From: Jimgerdemannia flammicorona
Taxonomy: Eukaryota
Reading direction: 5' to 3'
Assembly: GCA_003990765.1 (NCBI GenBank)
Contig: RBNJ01000081.1
Coordinates: 1-43,090, forward strand
DNA length: 43,090 bases
The translations under genes and the position numbers were made by a program. Below, in pieces: positions 25,631-37,308 of this stretch. The notes beneath the pieces were generated by a model that ran no database searches, was not told the origin of the DNA, and saw nothing but the letters and a program-made list of their open reading frames with translations. Numbering within the stretch: position 1 is the stretch's first letter; each line of letters begins with the position of its first letter.

Positions 25631-26188
25631 GCTTCCGCGGAGTTAGGAGACATGCTCACGCTTATAAAGGATTTGAGTTTGGAATGGGTAGGGGTGGAAC
25701 AATTTTATTGTATGGACCTGATTTTCCCAATTCTCTATCTCAGCTTCATTGTGTTCAACAATCTCTCTCACAAAAATGCACTCACTGAACATTGATCTCA
25801 CTTAATATATTTTGTCAATATTTAATATCACTGCTGCTGATGATTTGATATTTTAACAAATTAAATTAAATTAAAAGTCTTAAATAAGTTAAAGATATTT
25901 TATTATATTAGAATAATTTTAATTTAATTAAAGATATGATATTTTTATTAATAGAATTTTGAAATTATAAAGTATAATAAAAATATATTAACTAAAAAAA
26001 AATTTATTATTAAGTTTTATTTATTTATTTATTATTAATTTATAAATTAAAACTATTTAGTAAATTTAAATTTAACTTAAAGCTTAAATATAATATATTA
26101 ATAATAAAAATATAAATAACTAATAAACTATAATAATAATTAATATATATATATAATAATATATCTTATTATTATAATATAGTAGATA

Positions 26189-26591
26189 TGTAACATTTTA
26201 GCATAGTTAATTTCTTTTCTTTGTCTTTCTTCAATATTCTACAACCTTCTGGTACTTTCTGAATGCTTAGAAATTCTTTCTTGGTGCCAAGCATTCTCTA
26301 GTACTTATTTAGTTAGTCACTGATTGTCCTAGAAACTTGTAGAACTTTATTTGTCATCATTTATCATCTTTGCTGAGAACTTTCCTCTTGGCATTTTCCT
26401 TTGATTTCTCAGATCCTTCCAGATCCTTCTTTCAGATCTTGTATAAATATCTCCTTTGTTTTTATAAATAAAGTCTCAGAATATTTTCTCTTAGAAATTC
26501 TTCAAGAATACTTGAATTCTTAGTATCTCTTTGAGCTACTTAGGACTACCAGACTTAGTTGCTTTCTTATTTAGAAACTAGAACCATTATA
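26189..26591 (+). repeat. 5' LTR
   Basis: TGTAACA...CCATTATA; ~94% identical to 31838-32240 by manual alignment; contains TATAAATA and AATAAA. Confidence 0.95.
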
Positions 26592-26593
26592 CT

Positions 26594-26605
26594 TGGTAGC
26601 AGTGG
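26594..26605 (+). other. Primer-binding site, probably for initiator tRNA-Met
   Basis: TGGTAGCAGTGG lies 2 nt after the 5' LTR. TGGTAGC is complementary to the ...GCUACCA 3' end of eukaryotic tRNAiMet. Confidence 0.7.
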
Positions 26606-27700
26606 TGAAGTTATACCTAGTCTTATCAAGACACCTCTCAAGATATCAGTTACAACACTATGGAGAACAATGGGTGGAATCCTTCATACAATATCTATGG
26701 TCCAGGCAATATCTCATATAATCAGTATAATCAGCAAGAAGAGGAACAGCTAATCTCCACCCAGTCAACTGGGTCCATTAAGAGTCTTTTGCAGACTGCA
26801 TTAGCTCAGATTACTCAACTTCAAGAACATATAGAAAGAAAGGAAAGCAAGGCCCCTGCTCATACCTCTACATCTCCACTAACATCAATATATCCAACAG
26901 CAGTCACTATCAAGCCTCAGAAGCTTGACACCTTTGATGGTTAAAGAGAAGGACTGTCTACCAATGCCTGGCTTTTCCAATTGGAGCAATATAGAGAACT
27001 GACCAATTTGGAAGAAACAACACTAGTCCAATTTGCTGCCATACTTCTCTGAGGGAATGCTACAATCTGATGGTAAAATTATGTCCAGAATATCAGATTC
27101 TCTGGCTGAATCAAGACCTGGGGCAAATTCTCTGATGCTATTCAAGGCCAATTCAAACTAGTCAACAACACCAAGGCTGCACAAGACCATCTGGCAAATG
27201 TCAAATAACTTAAGTCTATACAGGCATACAATATATAATTCCTATCAATCTTGCTAGAATTACCACATGTCACTGAAGACAAGAAGGTCAATAAGTACAT
27301 CTGAGATCTGAAAGGTCAAACCCAAGTTCATGTTGAACTAGAAGAACCCAAGGACCTAGATACAGCAATGAAAATTGCTGATAGGTTTGATGTCATCACC
27401 TATGGTCACCACTTTGAACAGAAGAGACTGCCTTTCAATAATAACAATAACAACTACAGAAGGGAGGAACCTAAAGTCAGAACTGTTGGATCTGCTCCCA
27501 TGGATCTAAACATCATTAACAAGAACAAGAAAAGCAAACTTATACCTGAGGAAAAGGAGTATCTCAAGAAGACTGAAGCCTACTTCTTTTGCCGTCAGCC
27601 TGGTCACATTGCAACCAAATATCCCAAGAAAACTGCCAAACCAAAGAGGATTCTGGTCCTATCCAAAGACACTCAAGATCAACCAGTCGAATAAGAAGTT

Positions 27701-28114
27701 GTACTCAATTTCATGTGAGTCAACCCCAAGGCCCAGATCTCTCAAGCACAGTCAGAAGGAGCCATTGGTTTGGACCTTTAAGCAGTACAACAAGTCACTA
27801 TTTTGGCACATGAAAGAAGGCTCATTCCAACTGGTCTTTCAGTTGAAATTCCCAAGAAACATTATGCAAGAATTGCACCAAGATCTGGCCTTAGTTTCAA
27901 GCACTCATTAGATATTAGTGCTGGAGTCATTGATCCTGACTTCTGAGGTGAAATGCAAGTTCTGCTAGTCAATCACAAGAACCAACCATATACCATCAAT
28001 GAAGGTAACAGAATTGTACAGCTCATTCTAGAGTGAGCCACCCTACCAGTTATCAAAGAAGTCACCAAGCTGTCTTCCACTAAGCAAGATCAGGAAGGCT
28101 TTGGCAGTACTGAC
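27701..28114 (+). pseudogene. dut: Trimeric dUTPase domain within the retrotransposon
   Basis: In the Gag frame: AIGLDL (motif 1), RIAPRSGL (2), AGVIDPDF*GE (3), GNRIVQLIL (4) and EGFGSTD (5). Confidence 0.92.
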
Positions 28115-31100
28115 AAAGTTGCAAATATAGCCAAGAACCAAGCCAATTCAATGCTTATGTATCTTCAAAGGTCTAGTTAAGGGACAAGAGCTAGATGTTC
28201 TTATAGACAGTGGAGCTGTTGGGAACTTCATTAACAAGAACCTCATTGATAAGCTCAAGATTCTCACCAAACCAGTTGGCAAGAATGGTAGAGTTGTCAC
28301 TGCAGATGGTACCACCTTACCAATCAACTCAATTGCTGCTAAACTTCCCCTCAAGATCCAGAAGTACTGAGAATATTTAGATTTCAAGGTAGCACCACTA
28401 GGAGACCATGACCTGATCCTAGGCAAACCCTGGCTTATATGGCACAACCCTCAGATTGATTGGACTAAGAATAAAGTCACCTTGATCCAGGATGAAGCCA
28501 ATATTACCATCAAGCCAGACAAGACTCAGACAAGAATCCCAATTGCTACCCTCTCAGCAATTCAGTTCAAGAAGGCCCTCAAGAAAGCTACCTGTGCCTT
28601 TATGGCACTGATCTGACTAAAGAAAGAAGACAAGAAGCTAATAATTAGTGAAAGTGTCAAGTTACTGCTGAACAAATATAAAAATGTCTTCCCAGACAAA
28701 CTACTGGGTCTACTACCTTCAAGAGACCATGACCACGAAATCAAGTTGGTATCTGATGTAGCTATATGTACCTAAGAAGAAAATGTACTGTATATCTTTA
28801 CTCGAAATTGAAGCAGTCAAGAAGGAACTCAATGAACTCATCGAGTGAGGAGCCATTCAGCCAAGCAAGTCACTCTTTGGCTCCCCAGTCCTATTTGTCA
28901 AGAAAAAGAATGATACTCTGCAAATGTGTATAGACTACTGAGTACTCAACAAGATCACAGTCAAGAACTATTATCCACTACCACTTATAGATCAAATCTT
29001 TGATACTCTCAAGAATACAAAGTACTTCACCAAGATTGATCTCACCTCTGGGTATCACCAAATTCGAATCAAGCCAGAAGACATACCCAAGACTGCCTTT
29101 ATAACACCCTTTGGACTCTATGAATTTCTAGTTATGGCCTTTGGTCTCACCAATGTATGTACCAACAACCTTTCAAGACCTCATGAAAACTGTCTTCAAG
29201 GATCAGCTCTATATCTTTGTACTTGTGTATATTAATGATATCCTGATCTTCAGTAGTACTGAAGAAGAACATCTCAAGTATATTGAACAAGTCCTCAAGA
29301 TCCTCTGCAAGAACAAGCTCTATGCAAAGCTCAAGAAATGTGAATTTTTCAAGGATCAAGTCGAATACCTTGGACACATTATATCAGTCAAAGAAATTCA
29401 AGTAAACCCAAGGAAAATACAAGTCATTAAACAGTGGCCTGTACCAGCAAACCTCACTGAACTCAGGTCCTTCCTTGGTCTGGCTGGATACTACTATCGA
29501 TTGTCAAGAACTTCTCTGGCATTACAGAATCTTTAACAAATCTCCTGTGAAAGGAACCCAACTCTGACCTCTATGTCCCCTATATCTGGGATGCTTTCTG
29601 TCAACAAGCTTTTTAAGAACTCAAGAACTGCCTGACCTATATACCTGTTCTTAGAAACATGGACTCAAACTTGAAGTTCACAGTCACTATAGATGTATCT
29701 AACTTTGTCATTGGTGTAGTCATTTCTCAAGATGATGGTCAAGAATATCAACCTATTGCCTTTGAGTCAAGAAAATTGTCCCCAGTAGAACAAAAGCTAG
29801 CTACTCATGAAAAGAAACTCCTGACAATCATGCATGCCCTCAAGACCTAGCAACACTATCTAGAAGGAGTTGAGTTTGATGTGATCACCAATCACAGATC
29901 CCTTCAGTACATCAACACTCAACTAACTCTTTCTCACCAACAAGCCAAGTGGAGTCAACTACTGCAGACCTTTACCCCAAACATCATCTACAAGCCTGGC
30001 AAAACTCTAGTTGTACTAGATGTACTATCAAGAAGACCCGACCTTGCCACAATTTTACAAGTCACCATGGCATCTGAATTCCTCAACTAGATCAAGAAGA
30101 CATACAAATAAGACTCTCTGGTTCTACAAAGGAACACTAAGGAATTCAAGGAAAAGTACACCATCAAGGACAACCTTGTGTACTATCAAGACAAAGTATA
30201 TATTCTTGTCAATCCTGAACTACAGTATAAGATTCTTTATGAACATCATGACTCCCCACTAGCTGGCCACCTTGGATCTGAGAAGACCATCAAGAATATC
30301 CAATGAGATTACTACTGGTCAAACATACTCAAGGAAATCAAGAAGTATATCCAAAGCTACAATCTTTGCCAAAGAAACAAGTTAAGCAACCAAGCACCTG
30401 CCAGTCTTCTACAACTCTTGTCAATTCCAACCAAGAAGTTCAAATAAGTCACAATGGACTTCATTGTGTAACTCCTATGAACCAAAACAGGCTATGATGC
30501 TATTGTTGTATTTGTGGACTATCTCACCAAGATTACAATTGCTGAGCCAACCACAACTAATGCCACTGCCCCAGAAATTGCAAGAATCTTCTTCAAGACT
30601 GTCTTCTGCCATTATGGACTTCCCTGAGTAATTATCAGTGACTGCAACCCCAAGTTCACAAGTCACTTCTAGTAAGTACTCTTCAAGACTCTTGGAACCC
30701 AAATTGCTATATCCACTGCCTTCCATCCTCAAACTGATGGACAGATAGAGCAAATGAACAGAATACTTGAACAAATGCTCAGAAACTATGTGTCTTATGA
30801 GCAAGATGATTGGGACCACTATCTGACCTATGCCAAGTTTACCTATAATAATGCTAATCAATCATCAACTGGTCTTTCTCCATTTCAGCTGCTACTTCAT
30901 GGTCAAAACCCCAAGACCTCTGCAAGTTTAGTCCAATTCCAGCAATCCAGTTACACACAAGTCCCCACAGCCCAGAACCTTATTGACAAAATGGATTCTC
31001 TTCTCAAGATTGCCACTATGAACCTGCAAAAGGCTCAGCAATATCAAGCTAAGTATGCAGATAAGAAGTGGTGAGATGTCATATACAACATTAGTGATAT

Positions 31101-31359
31101 GGTTCTACTCAAAGCCGACAACATCAAGGCTTAATCTCAAGTCAACCACCAGTCAGCCAAATTCCAGCCCAAGTACCTTAGATCCTTCAAGATCACTGAG
31201 CAAGTCTCTATCTGATCTTACTGTCTCAACTTGCCAACAACTATGTATATATACCCAGTATTCCATATGTCACAACTCAATGCCAGGAACCAGTTACCCC
31301 CATACCCTGGCCGAATTCTGATACTATCAGCACCAGTTATAGTTGAAGACCACATCAAG

Positions 31360-31506
31360 TATGAAGTTGAGAAAATCTTAGACAAGTGAGTCCAATACCA
31401 TCGCACAGAATACCTAGTCAAGTGGATGAGTTACCCTGAATATGATGCCACTTGGAAACCTGCCACCAATCTCAAGAACTCCCAAGACCTCATCTAAGAG
31501 TTTGAG
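31360..31506 (+). other. Integrase C-terminal chromodomain
   Basis: YEVEKILDK*VQYHRTEYLVKWMSYPEYDATWKPATNL. Confidence 0.88.
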
Positions 31507-31824
31507 CAAAAAGGAACTCATTGACTGCCCATGAGGTTCTCTCCTTAGATAGTAGATGATCTACTATGCTGATCAGGCACATTACACATTAGGGCTCTTT
31601 AAGAGATATAGTATCAGAAGCAAGAGATACAGGAGAACCCTATAAATTCTACAATCAATGAGGTTCGAACCAGTTCTCATCTGATCAAGATGATACTTTG
31701 GCCCTTGCCTTATACAAGGATGGCCAATCCTTGCCAATGAGTCAGTATATTTAATTTGAAGTTTCTTTTAGTCTTATTGTTTATTATGTGTAATTTTGAG
31801 AATTCAACGAGGATGTTGATTCTT

Positions 31825-31837
31825 AAGGAGGGGGAGA
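31825..31837 (+). other. Polypurine tract
   Basis: AAGGAGGGGGAGA immediately precedes the 3' LTR. Confidence 0.88.
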
Positions 31838-32240
31838 TGTAACATTTTAGCATAGTTTATTTCTTTTCTTTATCTTTCTTCAATATTTTACAATCTTCTG
31901 GTACTTTCTGAATGCTTAGAAATCCTTTCTTGGTGCCAAGTATCCTCTAGTACTTATTTAGTTAGTCACTGATTGTCCTGGAAACTTGTAGAACTTTATT
32001 TGTCATCATTTGTCATCTTTGCCGAGAACTTTCCTCTTGGCATTTTCCTTTGATTTCTCAGATTCTTCCAGATCCTTCTTTCAGATCTTATATAAATATC
32101 CCCTTTGTTCTCATAAATAAAGTCTCAGAATATTTTCTCTCAGAAATCCTTTAAGAACACTTGAATCCTTAGCATCTCTTTGAGCTACTTAGGACTACCA
32201 GACTTAGTCACTTCCTTATTTAGAAACTAGAACCATTATA
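31838..32240 (+). repeat. 3' LTR
   Basis: Direct repeat of 26189-26591 with no indels. Confidence 0.95.
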
Positions 32241-32566
32241 AGATATTTAATCTGAGAAGTATAGTAGATTTCTTTATCTTGATTTTTGGTCTTCTTTGAC
32301 TTCTCAAAGTTTTTGATAAGAGTATGTAAGTTTAAAGTATATCTATTTATAGTCTTATTAGTTTTTTACTTTTTAAACTATTTTGATCTAAGATTTATTT
32401 ACTCTAGTTATTAGGTTATTTATATAAGTTTGCTAGCTATATAGTAGCTAAGTTATAAGTTATTTATCTTTTATATTATATATTATCTAACTTTATAACT
32501 ATTAATTATATATTATACTAAATTTGAAAATTAGATTTAAATATTACAATTATATAAATATCTATC

Positions 32567-33010
32567 TAGTACTCAGAATAAATCAAATTAAATTAAATCT
32601 ATCTCTAATTTAATTCAATTTGAAATATTTGAATCAAATTAAGAGTCAATTGATTTGATTCAATTTCAATTAAGACTCAATTCAATTTGAAGTCCAATTT
32701 GAACCTCATTTTTCAAAATTCAATAACTTAATCAAAATATATCTAAATTTAATAAATTTTAGCTTATTCAATATATCTTATAATAGAGAATTTAGTATAA
32801 TAAAGAATATTAAATTTGAATATATTTCTATTAAGTTATTATATTTTGAATTTGAGATAAATATTTTAAATCAAATTGGACCTTATTCAATTTGATCAAA
32901 TCAAATTAGACCTCAATTTGATTTGAATTCAAAAATATCTAATTTGATTTAATTTGAATAACTCTTAAATTAATTTAATTCAAATTGATTTAATTTATTT
33001 GAGAGCACTA
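32567..33010. mobile_element. Non-autonomous hAT-like element (444 bp)
   Basis: Perfect 8-bp TSD TATCTATC (32559-32566 and 33011-33018); imperfect TIRs TAGTACTC...GAGCACTA; many internal TCAAATT/AATTTGA motifs. Confidence 0.75.
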
Positions 33011-33969
33011 TATCTATCTTTTAATTTTTATTTTTATTTAGATTATATATTATAACTTTCTTTTAAATAGATTATTTTATCTTTAAAGTATCTATTTAAA
33101 CTTTTAAGTTTTTATATCTTAAATAATCTTACAATATTCTACTTAGTTCTTTATATCTTTTTAATATTACTTTATTACTTAATAGACTTACTCTTCTTAC
33201 ATTAAGGCTAATTTATTATTTTGAAAAAACTGATAGATTTATTTAATAATAGTAACTTATTTATCAATAATTTAATAAGTAGTAATCTATTGATCCTTTT
33301 TAGTATTTATATATAATAGTAGTTTTTCTTTTTTAAATATTTCTTTATTAATTTTAAATTGTTTTTAGATTTTATTGATAATTGTTTAGGTCTATTCTTT
33401 CAGATATTAGAATATTTTATACTGTTTTAAAATAAATAATAATTTTATAGTAAAGCTTTTTATTTATATTACATATCTTTACTAATATTAATTTTTTATA
33501 GTATTTATAAGAAAATATCTATATTAATATTGATTTTTTCTAAATAGTATATAATATATATATATTATAATAAATTAGCAGAGAAATATACTAAGTTATT
33601 ATCCAAATTAGTTATTATAATTTAGCTATTATAATAGTGATCTCAGAATAATGATATCAATATAGAAGATAGTCTTTCCTTATAAGTCACCAGATTAAAG
33701 CATAAGAAGATCATATAATATAACTTATATAGGCTACAAGATGAGTAATAATGACCAACTGTAAGTTATTATAACTACAAGGCAGATATCTCAAGAAATA
33801 TAAAAGAAGAATCAAGAAACCACAGTAGCAGTAATTCAAACAAAGCTCACAGAAATAGTTCTAAAGACTTACTATAAACAAAATATCTACTGCTTACCAA
33901 ACCTCAAGATCCAAGAACCACCAAGATCCCTCAGTCTAGGATAAGATATTCTAAGACATCAGGAGAGCC

Positions 33970-34739
33970 ATGGAGACCTGCATAAGAAGAACTCCTAGTC
34001 TTAACCTGAGTACTGATAACCCTTATCATTATATCCTCTACTGCTGTGAAATGGAAACATAGATCACCATTACTATTGAATGCCTCTAGATATAGCAGGA
34101 GTATGAAATAAGAAACCTTCTCTACTGGAAGTTCCCTCAGACCAGTCTCCAGGAGATTCAAGATATCACTCCCATGGATATATGTGAAATAAGGATAGTA
34201 AAGAAGATTTATCAGATCTTCCAACATGCACTATGGTCAATCCCTGACTTGGAGTATATGTACTAAGATCTCAGACTTCAAGAAACTATCAGCTCATCAC
34301 ACCAATATACTGAAGGCCATGGTGACTACAGAGACTCAGTCCATTATCACTCTCAATAGTAATGAAGTAGAGGACTTCTGGTATCCCATCTTCCAGAATA
34401 ATCTAAATCAATTCATATAAGGATTGATCTTAGTATTTCAAAGCCCCAGCATTCAGATTAAACCTCCCCAAGACTTCACATTTGTTCCTTATTTTGTGGA
34501 AGAGAATGTCATAGATTGGAGAGCCCCCACTACTGCCAAACAAGATGATATCACTCATGATAACATCATTGGTGATGACATCATTCTGTATAACATACAT
34601 ATATGAGATATATGAAGTATGCAAAATAGATGAAATGTTTGCAGACCTCATCTCCTTTAAAGATATTCTGTCTCTGACCTCTGGTCTTAGTAATAGTGAT
34701 GAAGATGAAGTCCCCATAGTCCTGAACTTTCTGCTCTAA
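33970..34739 (+). pseudogene. Decayed ORF of unknown family, probably an accessory ORF of a second LTR element
   Basis: Reading frame from ATG 33970, broken by revertible stops and two +1 shifts (34257, 34596). Acidic tail; followed by LTR-like sequence. Confidence 0.45.
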
Positions 34740-35160
34740 GTTTTTGATAATATCAGATTCTACCAGTATCCTTTTTCTATAACTGTTATTTTTCTGGTAT
34801 TCTGATCTTATATAACTCAGAATTCTTCTGATATCCTTTTTCTATACCATCAAAATTCTACTAGCATTCTAAACTTATGTAACCATCTGTACAGATACTT
34901 GAACTTATACTTACAACCATAGTTTTCTATATTTCAGTATTTGATTTAGTTATTAAAATTTATATTTAGCTTTATAACTTAGCAACTATTGAATTATATT
35001 TTATATAAATACCTCTCTTATTTCCTTTGAAATAAAGTCAGTCAAGTTCACTTATCCTCAATTCCACACAAGTAATCTAAGAGATAACAAGACAGTTTAA
35101 AGATAAGAAGTTTGAAGACTATAAGATCTTGGGAAGGTACTCCAATAAGAACTTACTTAT
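34740..35160 (+). repeat. Possible LTR remnant
   Basis: TATAAATACCTCTC...AATAAAGTC mirrors the TATA/polyA arrangement of the 403-bp LTRs. Boundaries are uncertain. Confidence 0.35.
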
Positions 35161-36399
35161 AATAAACTTGTAGTTAGTCTAAAAGATATATCTTGGAGAA
35201 AATCTGATATATTTGAAGAACTCAGTGACCACTATGTAATACTATATACTATATCTAATATACTATATCAGAATTTGAGATTTATATTCTTAATAGAAAT
35301 AACTAAACATTATCAGAAATAGCAATCTATAATTAGCTATATAGTAAATAGCCTAGCAACTATAACTATATAAAATATTCTAGAGATTTAAGTAAATAAA
35401 TCTCAGTTTAAAATTTGAAACTAAAAAGTAAAAGACAAGTTTATCTACTATACTTCAAGAGATATTAAGAAGAATTGCAATACTTAGAAGAAATATCTAT
35501 TCTAAAGTTACTTTTAGGAGATTGTAAGCTCAATATCTGATTTGTACTTCACTCTACTTTCTGACTACTGATTCAGAAAGAATCTATATTATCTGAGTTA
35601 TCTACTATATTTAAGAAATCTACAACTCTTAAGAAATTTGCTTTATTTAAGAAATCTATCAAATCTATTATATTATACTAATTTTTTTTAATTAGAAAAT
35701 ACTATCAAAATTATTTACTAAAATTATCTATAAATAGAACTTATATCTATTTATTATACTAGAAACTATTGAATATTTTGTTACTTTTGACAAAGTAACT
35801 AAGAGCTTAAGCCAATCTACATAGTAACTCTAATCTTATAATTTATCTTTATTGAGTTAATATATTATATTTAGAAGCTTAACTGGAAAGATTTTCTAAA
35901 AATCTATATAACTTTCTAGCTTACAAGAACTTAATAGTCAAACTAAATATATTTGATATATATAATACTAATATTTACTACTATAGAAAAATAAGTCATC
36001 ACTAGTATTTAGATAGAAAGAGAAGTAATTACCTCAAAACTTATCAATTACTTAGTATTAAAAAGATTCTAACAAGAAGTTAGTATAACACAGAATCCTT
36101 AATTAGTATTAGTTTAATTACTAAGAGTTTAGCTTATAAATATCTCAGAAGTATCAGCAGACTTATCACTAAGAGATCTGATCTAGCTAGAGAATACAGA
36201 AGACTATACTCAAACTTTTGATAAACTTGTACAAGAACTTGAAGATTATATTACTTGATATTAGATTTTTATAGAAATATCACCAATATTATCACTATCT
36301 AGACTAGTAGATTCTCTCAGCCCAGTATCTTCAAAGATACTTAGACCTTATCTTAGTACCTTTTTTCATTATGATTCATATGTATTATATAAGTTTTTT

Positions 36400-37260
36400 A
36401 TAATACTTTTTATATAGTTTTTAGAGAAAACCAACTAGTATCATAATAATATATAAGAGTTCAGACAGATATACTAGATCAGACAAACCTGGGGCCTTCA
36501 GGTGGCAGTATATAGAATATAGATATATTATGAATATAGATTTCTTTAGTAATAAGAAGAGACAGGAGGGGTCTAGAGGATATTAAGAATCTGGTAGAGA
36601 GTAGGAGCTGATGAGTTTTATAAATAAGATGAAAGTGAAGAGTTGGCTCAAAGATACTCAGAGTGGTAAGATAGGGGTGAAGAGTATGATGAGTACTGAG
36701 AGAACTAGTGGGTTGTTGGCTGACTAAGCTAGTATAGAGACTGATAGAACTATAGCTGAGAGCAAAGGTAGGACTATTGATGGTAATATGACTGAGAATC
36801 TGAAAAAAAAATCCAGATATAATAGTTAATAGTAGAACTGAGCAGTTGGAATATAGTAGAAAGAGAGATCTGATAGATAGTATAATAGGCCTAACAGTGA
36901 CTCTATTACTCAAGAAGTTAATCTCAGAATTTACTATTATATTATACTTCTAGAGATTAATAGTAATAGTAAAGATAGTCCTAGGGCTAATCTCAAAGTA
37001 GATAACTGGAGCAGCTTTAGTAAAGTTCTTATAGAGGCTAGAGAGAGTTGAGATAGGCTTTGAGAAAATAGGACCATTGAAGGAGATCTTGAAGTCTTAA
37101 CTGATAATTGAAAAGATAGTAGTACTGATGGTATACTATTTGAGATAGAATCTCAGGGTGGTTCAGCTTCTGGTAAAAGAGATATCTATGATAATAATAG
37201 TAGAGATAAGGAGGAGAATAGAGGAGGCACCTTTCACTGGTAATATTCAGGTAACACAAG
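36400..37260 (+). mobile_element. Older, more mutated LINE 5' fragment (5' UTR plus ORF1 start), paralogous to the adjacent LINE
   Basis: 36881-37185 aligns with 37750-38050, and 36465-36580 aligns with 37327-37445; many differences are G>A/C>T. Confidence 0.75.
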
Positions 37261-37308
37261 ACTCAGACAATACTTTGACAATGTTTTTGGTAAAAGGTGA
37301 CTAGTAAT

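Larger units (their letters stand above)
26660..31524 (+). pseudogene. Gag-dUTPase-Pol polyprotein pseudogene
   Basis: Gag KPQKLDTFDG; knuckle YFFCRQPGHIATKY; protease [28 protein letters not shown] and VYINDILI (mutated YxDD); RNase H; integrase VTMDFI and FHPQTDGQ; chromodomain. Many transition-derived stops and 4 frameshifts. Confidence 0.93.
26189..32240 (+). mobile_element. Full-length, inactivated Ty3/Gypsy LTR retrotransposon (chromovirus) carrying a dUTPase
   Basis: Two 403-bp LTRs, 5-bp TSD AGATA (26184-26188 and 32241-32245), PBS and PPT. Domain order Gag-ZnK-dUTPase-PR-RT-RH-IN-chromodomain. Confidence 0.97.

Noticed and set aside
35180-36400. Possible gag remnant
   Set aside because: Too degraded for any motif to be read reliably.
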